IMG/VR virus record: IMGVR_UViG_3300020042_003490
Location: 1-24,193 of that record
Reading direction: 5' to 3' (one strand)
DNA: 24,193 nucleotides
Source: a virus
Lineage: Duplodnaviria > Caudoviricetes
The position numbers and the translations under genes are program-made. Position 1 is the stretch's first letter; every line of letters starts with the position of its first letter. Of this stretch, positions 16,250 to 23,333 are shown one piece after another. The notes below the pieces were generated by a model. That model was not told the origin of the DNA, searched no databases, and saw only the letters and a program-made list of their open reading frames with translations.

Positions 16250-16425
16250 AGGATCCTATCACTAGGCCATACTATCTCCTCACCACACACCTCTAGTGTG
16301 ATAGCTTCAGCATACTCTAGGGCTTTCTTAGCCACATAGTTAGGGCTTATCCCTTGTTGGCTTAGCATTAGTGCTTCCATAGCCACTAGTATAGCCTTCT
16401 CCTTAAACTCTTCTCTTTGTATCAT
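16246..16425 (-). CDS. Hypothetical protein, 59 aa (MIQREEFKEKAILVAMEAL...)
   Basis: Translated by hand; ATGA overlaps at both ends. Confidence 0.7.
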   Translation of the reverse strand: MIQREEFKEKAILVAMEALMLSQQGISPNYVAKKALEYAEAITLEVCGEEIVWPSDRIL

Positions 16426-17099
16426 AATTGTTTTATTAGTTCGTTAAAATAATCTCTGCACTGTTCTACCCTCACCTTGATCTGCTCTATCACCTCATCA
16501 TCTCTTTTGATTACAAAGGTCTTTACTCTCTTAGCATCAGGGATATGATTAAAGCTGTGCTGTTTCTGCACCTGGTCTCTAAGATCTAAACTCTCCTCCA
16601 TTAGCCCTAACTTGTAGTGTGCACTCTTTACCTCCTGCTCTACGATAGCATGGGGTGTATTGGTTAGGCAGTAACATAGCAGAGCTTCCTGCTTATCACA
16701 TAAAAACATATACCCTTGCAGTTGGTAAAAATAGTCTTTGTTAGGGCATTCATCAGGTTTATCAAACCAGGGGAAAGTAGAGCCACTCCATGAGTTTTTC
16801 ACATCTATTAGCACCTGATCAGTAACTACATCAGGAGTACCTGTTAGCCAATCATTACTAAAGTGCTCTTCGTTCTTAAAGATAAAGCCCTTATCTATCT
16901 GCTCCATTACAAAGCTTAGGCACATATCCTCACACTCATTGCCCTTATCAGTATACTTACTAGTAAACTCTTTACGTATACCATAAACGTGTGCCAGGGC
17001 TAAGCCCTGGATATACGTCTTTGTTGTTTGTGATAGCACCTCCCCTTTAGTCTTAGAAGAGGTCATTATCTTACCTATAGCTGAGCATCTGATTTTCAT
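16422..17099 (-). CDS. YqaJ/lambda-exonuclease-family nuclease, 225 aa
   Basis: IRCSAIG, GNECE, TGTPD...IDVKN and YFYQLQGYM PD-(D/E)XK motifs. Confidence 0.85.
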   Translation of the reverse strand: MKIRCSAIGKIMTSSKTKGEVLSQTTKTYIQGLALAHVYGIRKEFTSKYTDKGNECEDMCLSFVMEQIDKGFIFKNEEHFSNDWLTGTPDVVTDQVLIDVKNSWSGSTFPWFDKPDECPNKDYFYQLQGYMFLCDKQEALLCYCLTNTPHAIVEQEVKSAHYKLGLMEESLDLRDQVQKQHSFNHIPDAKRVKTFVIKRDDEVIEQIKVRVEQCRDYFNELIKQL

Positions 17100-17647
17100 A
17101 TCATAGGTATTAAAAGCAGTGAATTATTTTGTACATCTGTAAGATCGAAGCTCTCTTTAAGTTTCTCTACAGTGAATTTACCATCAGCTATAGCCTTAAC
17201 AGCCTCAGCAAATCTTTTAGCATCTATCTTAGGCTTAGCAGTTGTAGCTACGTGGCCATCATCATCTGTGGCTTGCAAAGTTAGCAGGCTTTGGATGGTG
17301 TACCTACGAAAGTAAGAAATTTGACTACCCTGCTTCTGAGCATCTAGGGATAAATCTAAAGCCATACAGCTAGAGATACTAAAGCCAGTGTAGATACAAA
17401 CTATCTGAGTGCATACACTACCACCATCTATAGGCTGCAGTAATAACAGATCATGCTGTAATAGGATAGGCTCAACAGTTTCTAAGATACTATTGATATC
17501 TGCATAAGATTTCTTAAAATGGGGGTTAGTAGCATTCTTATGTACTTTACCGATTAGTTGTTTAGCCTTGTGAAGGCGAACATAGAAGGGAGCAGGCTGC
17601 TGCTCAACCTCCTGAGGCTTTACAGCCTTAGTTGTTGTTTTTTCCAT
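17096..17647 (-). CDS. erf: ERF-family single-strand annealing protein, 183 aa
   Basis: KNATNPHFKKSYADI and QKQGSQISYFRRYTIQSLLTL...DDDG ERF signature. Confidence 0.9.
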   Translation of the reverse strand: MEKTTTKAVKPQEVEQQPAPFYVRLHKAKQLIGKVHKNATNPHFKKSYADINSILETVEPILLQHDLLLLQPIDGGSVCTQIVCIYTGFSISSCMALDLSLDAQKQGSQISYFRRYTIQSLLTLQATDDDGHVATTAKPKIDAKRFAEAVKAIADGKFTVEKLKESFDLTDVQNNSLLLIPMI

Positions 17648-17669
17648 TGGTTAGTTAATTAATTGTTTA

Positions 17670-17677
17670 CAAATATA
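17670..17677 (-). promoter_or_regulatory. Host-type -7 box TATATTTG for the recombination operon
   Basis: TAnnTTTG 22 nt upstream of the erf ATG. Confidence 0.7.
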
Positions 17678-17740
17678 GTAATTATTATTCTATTTACACA
17701 AAAATCTTTAAAATTATTTATTATACTTCGCCAAAGGTGG

Positions 17741-18202
17741 TTAAATTTGGTAGTTTTGGCTAAAATTATCATACCACTCAATAAAATCATCAAAGGTCTT
17801 GCTTATAATATAGATCCCTCCTGCAGCTTCTATCATCTGTTGGTATTGCTTCTGCACCACTGACTGCTTATCCTTACCTATCTTTACTTCTATCTTTACA
17901 GATCTCCCATAAATAGTAGCAGAGATATCTGCAGATCCTGGGGTGCCTGTGCCCTTGGTCCACATCCCTGCAGTCTTAGTGCCATCAGTCCGGTAGCTTT
18001 GCCTAAATACTCCCATTGTATTAATTCTTTCAGCTTGGTGCTGTGAATAGTTTAGAAAGTCCTTAATACATTTAGTCAAGCCATTAGCTGTAGCATCACT
18101 GTACTTAGTCAGTGGTATGATGTGCCCTGGTGCTGATGGGTACCTGTAGCTCATGTACTTAATTTCTAGCTCTTTTAATCTAGCTTTGTTTTCCTTTGTC
18201 AT
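17741..18202 (-). CDS. VRR-NUC-like PD-(D/E)XK nuclease (putative Holliday junction resolvase), 153 aa
   Basis: PGSADI...KIEVK...DKQSVVQ...GGIYII motif. Confidence 0.8.
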   Translation of the reverse strand: MTKENKARLKELEIKYMSYRYPSAPGHIIPLTKYSDATANGLTKCIKDFLNYSQHQAERINTMGVFRQSYRTDGTKTAGMWTKGTGTPGSADISATIYGRSVKIEVKIGKDKQSVVQKQYQQMIEAAGGIYIISKTFDDFIEWYDNFSQNYQI

Positions 18203-20523
18203 ATCTTAGTAATTATAAAGTATCTACCTCCTACATTCCTATCTTTTTTTAAATTATATCCCTTAAATTTACAGTACTCATTAACCCACTTTAAATACTT
18301 CTGTGTATTTAGATCATGCCATCCTCCTGTAAATGTCTGAAAGTCCTGAATAGAAGTATTGTTATAGTGCATAGCATCTAAAGTAATGTTACCCTCTATT
18401 GCATAATCATAAAACTCCTTGTTAGTAGATGATATAAACCTTTTGTCATTAGCATTAATTGCTACAGCCTTAACTAAGCCCATTGATAAGAATTTCTGCA
18501 GGTTGTTTATCATGTAGTTATCAAATACTAACCAATCTACTACAGTCCAACTATCAAACAATAACCTACCATACTCATCTAGTGGGTTTCGCTGTGCATT
18601 AAAGTACTGATTAAACTCTATCTCATGCCTTCTCCTATCATGGCTACCACCTGCACCACTTATCACATAGTTGGTAGTAATCACAATCTTAGGGGAGCGT
18701 TCAAATGGGATAAAGATCTCATCCTTATTTTTTCTGTTCACTGTTATCCCTTCTGAGATTAAACTAAATAGCTGCTCAAAGTCAAAGTTCTTTTTAACAT
18801 CATCAAATGCTAGGATTTGACTATCTAAATTCACCCTCTGATAAACAAAATCACTCTTCTGAGGGTTGAATGCTTTACCATCTATCTTAACTATATTTCT
18901 AATCTTACCTATGGCAGTTAGTACTAAGCTCTTACCACTCCCTCCATTAGGGTTATCATCTATCTCCTGATCATTAAAAATAATTGCTTTCTGATCTGTT
19001 TTATCTTTGTAGGTATGGAGTAAATAACCTAGGGTAGTCTCTAAGGCGTTTACCCTCTGCTCATCATCTGCAGATACCTTAGATACAAAGCTCTTGAAGT
19101 CATTTTCTATGCTTTTAGTTGGCTTGTAATCCCTATCAATAATTTGCCTATCCCATATGTAGCCATCTATATCAATGTAGGGCACGATATCAATCTTATT
19201 TTTAGTAATCTTAACTACTCCATTACGATAAGGAATAAAGCTCACATCTTTAGTATCCTGCAGCATCATTAATTCAATAGGCTCTAGCATAGATAAGTGA
19301 CCATCTGTAAATAGGTAGGGACTTTTAGAACAGTAATTCCATACATCCACTTGCTTCTGCTTCATTAGGTAAGCTAGCACAAAATCTTTCACCTGGTCCA
19401 CTGAGCTAAGATTAACTTTGTTTTCTATCACCCTTACAAAGGTGGGCTTCTCTGATCTCTCAGGATAATACTTATTAAAGCCATACTTGTAAAGGAAATC
19501 TCTATACTTCATAGGATCTACACTAACTACTTTTTTATCACTAATGGACCAGAATACATCCTCACTATTAGCGACATCCTTTTTAACATCCTCTACCACA
19601 TCAGGCTTAATATCTAATTGCTTAGAGATATCATTAGGGGAGATACCCTCTTTTAGTTTTGACCTTACCTTTAAGATAGTTTCTTTATCCTCAAAATACT
19701 TAGTGCCTTTATTAGGGTTTTTATAAGCAGATCCTACACAGGTATTAATTTCTATTTGAGTAAAGTCCTTAGCACTATATTGGTGAAGGTAAAATTTAGC
19801 AGTATTCTCACTAATGCCATACTCACAAAAACAGTTAGCTACTTTAAATACCCAATTATTTCTCCCATTAGATATATCTCCATGGTTAAACTTCATTATA
19901 TTCTCAATGATATTAGCTTCATTAGTCATGGGTAGCACTGGCACCCTTTCAAATGAGCTATGCCCTTTCTCCTCTTCCATCAAATCAAATACCTCAGCAT
20001 CTAAATTTATATAGGCACCACGATCATAAGACTCAAAGCATACTCTACTAACATTACAGCTACTAGCATCAAAGTAATCACTATCAATAAATTCCTGAAA
20101 AGCTTTAAACCTTCTCTTATGCGTAAATTTGTCTGATGGTGGTATCTTTATCACACATTTTAGCCCTTTACCTGATGGTGATATGAATATCATAAAGACA
20201 TAAGGGCACTCCATTAACCTTGCCTTCTCAGCTTTCATCACCTTAGCACTAGGATAATCATCAAAATCTAAAATACAAAGCCCTGAGTGCTCAATAAGGC
20301 CATTATCATTTCTTTCATTAAAGGTGCCATTAAACATGATAGCCCTGAGGCTGTTTTTTAGGCTGCTGTATGCAGGATCATCCTCCTCCATAGCTCTAAG
20401 AGCAGTTATCTTATTAATTAGTTCAGGATAGCCTTCCTTAATTCTATTGTATACATCCACCACATCTTGTGTGTAGGGAGTTTCTTTAGAATTGAATAAG
20501 GACTTGAATACAGATATCTTCAT
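18199..20523 (-). CDS. Primase-helicase (BT4734/VirE-N-like prim-pol domain, PriCT-like domain, SF3-type helicase), 774 aa
   Basis: HSGLCILDFDD, FISPSGKGLK, GRNNWVF, Walker A GGSGKS, Walker B ILAFDD and motif C IVITTN. Confidence 0.9.
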   Translation of the reverse strand: MKISVFKSLFNSKETPYTQDVVDVYNRIKEGYPELINKITALRAMEEDDPAYSSLKNSLRAIMFNGTFNERNDNGLIEHSGLCILDFDDYPSAKVMKAEKARLMECPYVFMIFISPSGKGLKCVIKIPPSDKFTHKRRFKAFQEFIDSDYFDASSCNVSRVCFESYDRGAYINLDAEVFDLMEEEKGHSSFERVPVLPMTNEANIIENIMKFNHGDISNGRNNWVFKVANCFCEYGISENTAKFYLHQYSAKDFTQIEINTCVGSAYKNPNKGTKYFEDKETILKVRSKLKEGISPNDISKQLDIKPDVVEDVKKDVANSEDVFWSISDKKVVSVDPMKYRDFLYKYGFNKYYPERSEKPTFVRVIENKVNLSSVDQVKDFVLAYLMKQKQVDVWNYCSKSPYLFTDGHLSMLEPIELMMLQDTKDVSFIPYRNGVVKITKNKIDIVPYIDIDGYIWDRQIIDRDYKPTKSIENDFKSFVSKVSADDEQRVNALETTLGYLLHTYKDKTDQKAIIFNDQEIDDNPNGGSGKSLVLTAIGKIRNIVKIDGKAFNPQKSDFVYQRVNLDSQILAFDDVKKNFDFEQLFSLISEGITVNRKNKDEIFIPFERSPKIVITTNYVISGAGGSHDRRRHEIEFNQYFNAQRNPLDEYGRLLFDSWTVVDWLVFDNYMINNLQKFLSMGLVKAVAINANDKRFISSTNKEFYDYAIEGNITLDAMHYNNTSIQDFQTFTGGWHDLNTQKYLKWVNEYCKFKGYNLKKDRNVGGRYFIITKI

Positions 20524-20540
20524 TTAGTTAGTTTTGGCTG

Positions 20541-20548
20541 TAAATGTA
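20541..20548 (-). promoter_or_regulatory. Host-type -7 box variant TACATTTA for the primase-helicase
   Basis: One mismatch to TAnnTTTG; 17 nt upstream of the ATG. Confidence 0.5.
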
Positions 20549-20562
20549 ATCATTATTTTCAC

Positions 20563-20664
20563 ATGACAAGTCTATGACGCATTTATGACAAGTTTATGAC
20601 AAGTTTTTTTTAGCAATATTCCCACTGCTATTGAGTATTAGCGATTTCATGACAAGATGACGAG
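20563..20664 (+). repeat. Iteron-like ATGAC(A/G) repeats; putative replication origin
   Basis: ATGAC at 20563, 20574, 20585 and 20596 (11-bp period) and at 20649 and 20657, flanked by T and A tracts, in the gap upstream of the primase-helicase. Confidence 0.7.
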
Positions 20665-20741
20665 AAAAAAGATAAAAAAAATTATTTGAATTTTCAAATG
20701 TTTCCCAGCCTCCGCTAATAAGAGAATGTGACACAGCGTCA

Positions 20742-21125
20742 TTAATCATGCTGATAATTTCTATATTGGTTATTAAATATCCTTGCCTGCACTAGTGATA
20801 AATGATACATAGACTTGCAATCCTGCACATCTTTAATCAAATTTCTTTGTTCAAATACTATATCTACTCCTGCAAATTCCTTTTGAAGCTCCAAAGTGTC
20901 AAGTAAAAAAAGTTTATCCTTAGTATCTAGAAAATAGTTAGCTTGTGTAATCCCATGGATAACTGTTGCATGGCTTCTGTTACAGATCTTACCAATTCTA
21001 GCCAAAGTTATACCATGCCTACGTAATAGAGTGTACAGATACCACCTCCTATGTACTAAGTACCTGTACCTTGTTTGCTCTTTTAAATTTTGCTCTTCGA
21101 TTATTTGTTCTATCCTTTCTATCAT
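20742..21125 (-). CDS. DnaA domain-IV-like HTH protein, 127 aa
   Basis: TLARIGKICNRSHATVIHGI resembles the DnaA C-terminal signature SLxxIGxxFxRDHTTVxH. Confidence 0.75.
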   Translation of the reverse strand: MIERIEQIIEEQNLKEQTRYRYLVHRRWYLYTLLRRHGITLARIGKICNRSHATVIHGITQANYFLDTKDKLFLLDTLELQKEFAGVDIVFEQRNLIKDVQDCKSMYHLSLVQARIFNNQYRNYQHD

Positions 21126-21364
21126 GATATTAGTTTTGGGTTTACTGATTTAAACAGCTCACTTTGACTGTCTATTAATCCTACTGCATTGATATAGTCT
21201 ATCTCCACCTTTGCACTGGCTATAATGGTAGATGATAGCTGAGCTATTGCTTTAGCTTTTTCTACTTCCTGCTGTACTTTCTCATTACTCATATCCTCAT
21301 CAGCTAATCTTTCAAGTGCCATAAAGATGTGATCTCTTAGATCACTTAGTTTGTTGTTTGCCAT
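21122..21364 (-). CDS. Conserved helical phage protein, 80 aa (partner of the HNH-like gene)
   Basis: NKLSDLRDHIFMALERL...EVEKAKAI pattern; overlaps both neighbours. Confidence 0.75.
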   Translation of the reverse strand: MANNKLSDLRDHIFMALERLADEDMSNEKVQQEVEKAKAIAQLSSTIIASAKVEIDYINAVGLIDSQSELFKSVNPKLIS

Positions 21365-21962
21365 TTGTTTTACGTTTTAGTTTACATGTTAGTTTCATTA
21401 TCTCCTGCAGCTCAGCAGGATATCTTTGTATTGTATTTCGAGCCATATTTTCCTTTCTGCTTATTACTTGTAGATTGCTTAGCTCACAATTCATAAAGTT
21501 CCCATCTAAAAAAATTACTACACATCCTTTTGGTATCTCACCATTTGCCTGAGTCCATACGTGCCTCTGCAGGAGCTCCCAGTGACTATCTTTAATCTTT
21601 ACATATTGGTAAAGTCTACCTGTTTTATCTGCTCTTACATGGATGGTTCCAACCGGTTGGGTGTTAGCTGGCTTGTTACCTTTCTTATACATGGTATGCT
21701 TCACCTTCTCATAAGTTTCTGCAGGCATCTTTACCCCTTTGTTTTTTGGGATATGCCCTGGCTTAAATTGAAAGGCCTCACCACTTCTGATCCCTGCTTT
21801 GTATCTACCACTTGCTGCAGTCTTAAGATAAACAGGATCCTTATGTATCTTGTAGGCCCATGCGATATTATACACCTGTGATATTGTTAGGCCTAATTCC
21901 TTAGCTATTATAGCAGTGCTTTCAAATGGGTACCTTCTAATTACTTCTATCTTTACATTCAT
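21342..21962 (-). CDS. HTH + HNH-like protein, 206 aa
   Basis: N-terminal HTH (TAIIAKELGLTISQVY), FKPGHIPKNKG motif and RHVW...GEIPKG..VIFLDGNFMNCELSNL HNH-like fold. Confidence 0.8.
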   Translation of the reverse strand: MNVKIEVIRRYPFESTAIIAKELGLTISQVYNIAWAYKIHKDPVYLKTAASGRYKAGIRSGEAFQFKPGHIPKNKGVKMPAETYEKVKHTMYKKGNKPANTQPVGTIHVRADKTGRLYQYVKIKDSHWELLQRHVWTQANGEIPKGCVVIFLDGNFMNCELSNLQVISRKENMARNTIQRYPAELQEIMKLTCKLKRKTNGKQQTK

Positions 21963-22129
21963 AGCTTTTCTACTTTATACCCATTATCAATATACCACTG
22001 AGGTGTATCTGCTTGCTCATCTGTGTAAATGTAATCATGCAGCTTACCATCTTTACCTAGGTAACAATACCACCAAAAGCCACCTTCAGGCTCTACTTTA
22101 TCCTCTAGCCATACTCTATATTTTTTCAT
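21959..22129 (-). CDS. Hypothetical protein, 56 aa (MKKYRVWLEDKVEPEGGFWW...)
   Basis: Translated by hand; ATGA overlap with the HNH-like gene. Confidence 0.7.
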   Translation of the reverse strand: MKKYRVWLEDKVEPEGGFWWYCYLGKDGKLHDYIYTDEQADTPQWYIDNGYKVEKL

Positions 22130-22271
22130 ACTGTTCTACTTTTAATATTAGTTTAGGCCACATAGCCATTATCATTATTGCATGATCTCTATCCAGGGCC
22201 TCTAAGATCCTGACAGCTATCCTCTTTTTACCACCATCAAAATAGTTATAGGTTACTTTAAAGCGTTTCAT
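22116..22271 (-). CDS. Hypothetical protein, 51 aa (MKRFKVTYNYFDGGKKR...)
   Basis: Translated by hand; overlaps both neighbours by 14 nt. Confidence 0.65.
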   Translation of the reverse strand: MKRFKVTYNYFDGGKKRIAVRILEALDRDHAIMIMAMWPKLILKVEQYEKI

Positions 22272-22443
22272 GGTCTTGGTCTTTAGGTTTATGATCCTGT
22301 AAGCTGAGGTAGTCTAGGTATAGCTGTAAGTTAAAACTCCCCCCTTTATCTCCCTCACTCTTTTTATTTTTCCACCACTCCATCTTTGCCTTAAGGCTAA
22401 AGTGAGTAGGTACTGGTGCTGTCTTATCTATCATCTCTATCAT
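22258..22443 (-). CDS. Hypothetical protein, 61 aa
   Basis: ORF track; tight operon packing. Confidence 0.65.
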   Translation of the reverse strand: MIEMIDKTAPVPTHFSLKAKMEWWKNKKSEGDKGGSFNLQLYLDYLSLQDHKPKDQDHETL

Positions 22444-22756
22444 TATTTAGTTCGTTATAATACTCTTTGTTATCTAGGTGCCACTGCCATACATCAAATC
22501 TATCAGGATCTTCTAGTATGCTATCCTCAATAGCTGTTATTATTTCTTTTAGCTCTTCTGAGTTAGGGGTGTAGGGATGGCATACGTTGTTACACCACTG
22601 CTCACCTTTATCTAGCCAAATGCTTACTGTGGTTTCATTAGTTTCCTCATCAAATGAGGTAAAGCACCACTCAAAATCAAGGATAAATTCAATGTGATAG
22701 GTTTCATACCAAATGGATGCTGTGTACTTTTCTACTTGTAAATCTTCTAGGTTCAT
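22424..22756 (-). CDS. Acidic, aromatic-rich hypothetical early protein, 110 aa
   Basis: ORF track; A-rich start context. Confidence 0.75.
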   Translation of the reverse strand: MNLEDLQVEKYTASIWYETYHIEFILDFEWCFTSFDEETNETTVSIWLDKGEQWCNNVCHPYTPNSEELKEIITAIEDSILEDPDRFDVWQWHLDNKEYYNELNNDRDDR

Positions 22757-22767
22757 TTTAAAGCGTT

Positions 22768-22905
22768 TTAAAGGTTAGTAATGTATGCAAATGTATAGAC
22801 ACTCACCCAAAACAATATAAACACTACAGCAGTGCTTAAAATGTCTCTATGCTCATCAGTGAGGGGTGTAAAGTAATAGATAAGGTCGGATATTTTCTTT
22901 CTCAT
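22768..22905 (-). CDS. Single-TM small protein, 45 aa (MRKKISDLIYYFTPLTDEHRDILSTAVVFILFWVSVYTFAYITNL)
   Basis: Translated by hand; ATGA overlap with the upstream ORF. Confidence 0.65.
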   Translation of the reverse strand: MRKKISDLIYYFTPLTDEHRDILSTAVVFILFWVSVYTFAYITNL

Positions 22906-23078
22906 TTTCTTTGAATTTTGTAAACATTGTCAGTAGCTTTGATTTCTGCAAGTATAAGCTGTGATCTCTCCATGGCTAGAGCTAATTCGCAGATACTTTC
23001 CCACTGTTCTACAGTAAAGGCTTTGTTGGTGTTAATTTGCTGGAGTAAGTACTCAACAGCTGTTAGTTTTGTTTCCAT
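22902..23078 (-). CDS. Hypothetical early protein, 58 aa (METKLTAVEYLLQQI...)
   Basis: Translated by hand; first ORF after a TATATTTG promoter; TAVExL N-terminal motif common in small Bacteroidetes-phage proteins. Confidence 0.7.
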   Translation of the reverse strand: METKLTAVEYLLQQINTNKAFTVEQWESICELALAMERSQLILAEIKATDNVYKIQRK

Positions 23079-23105
23079 AATTGGTTAGTTTTAATTAGTA
23101 ATGGT

Positions 23106-23134
23106 CAAATATACGTACAAACATTTAAATGTTT
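23106..23134 (-). promoter_or_regulatory. Early promoter (-7 TATATTTG at 23106-23113) with perfect palindrome AAACATTTAAATGTTT (23119-23134)
   Basis: Read directly from the sequence. Confidence 0.7.
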
Positions 23135-23232
23135 ACATAAATACGTTATCAATAATCATTCTAAATAAGGAATGTAAAGGAATAGCCTGAATTTATACAT
23201 GAGAAGTAAGGTGATAACCTTAAATTTAAGGC

Positions 23233-23277
23233 AAAAAAATAGCCCCCCTGCCAAACTAACCAAAGATACAGAGGGGC
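23233..23277 (-). terminator. Intrinsic terminator downstream of the metallophosphoesterase/sRNA
   Basis: 9-bp GC-rich stem that pairs fully only on the minus strand (G-U), followed by a 7-T tract. Confidence 0.8.
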
Positions 23278-23298
23278 CTGGTCTCTAATACGAGACCT
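23233..23298 (-). ncRNA. Candidate ~66-nt antisense small RNA (two hairpins; the second is an intrinsic terminator with an 18-nt loop)
   Basis: GGTCTC-N6-GAGACC hairpin, then GCCCCTCTG-TATCTTTGGTTAGTTTGG-CAGGGGGGC-TATTTTTTT. Upstream TTG-N20-TAATTTTG promoter. The loop is complementary to three early start regions. Confidence 0.6.
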
Positions 23299-23302
23299 AG
23301 TG

Positions 23303-23333
23303 CAAAATTACATATTAAATTTGTAACTATCAA
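23303..23333 (-). promoter_or_regulatory. Host-type promoter TTG-N20-TAATTTTG overlapping the metallophosphoesterase stop codon
   Basis: -7 box at 23310-23303 and TTG at 23333-23331, consistent with Bacteroidetes -33/-7 spacing. Confidence 0.55.

Noticed and set aside
17745-17760. TTTGGTAGTTTTGGC as a fourth sRNA target
   Set aside because: Imperfect match in the last codons of the nuclease gene, not at a start codon; may be chance.
20563-20664. ATGAC repeats as a mini-CRISPR array
   Set aside because: Units are 5-8 bp at an 11-bp period with no spacers; an iteron interpretation fits better.
17663-22185. Plus-strand ORFs 17663, 19544, 19814, 21358, 21561 and 21916
   Set aside because: They overlap well-supported minus-strand genes. 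21916..22185 is explained by two tightly coupled minus-strand small ORFs.
23233-23298. tRNA or tRNA fragment
   Set aside because: No cloverleaf, T-loop (TTCGA) or acceptor stem; only two hairpins and a U tract.
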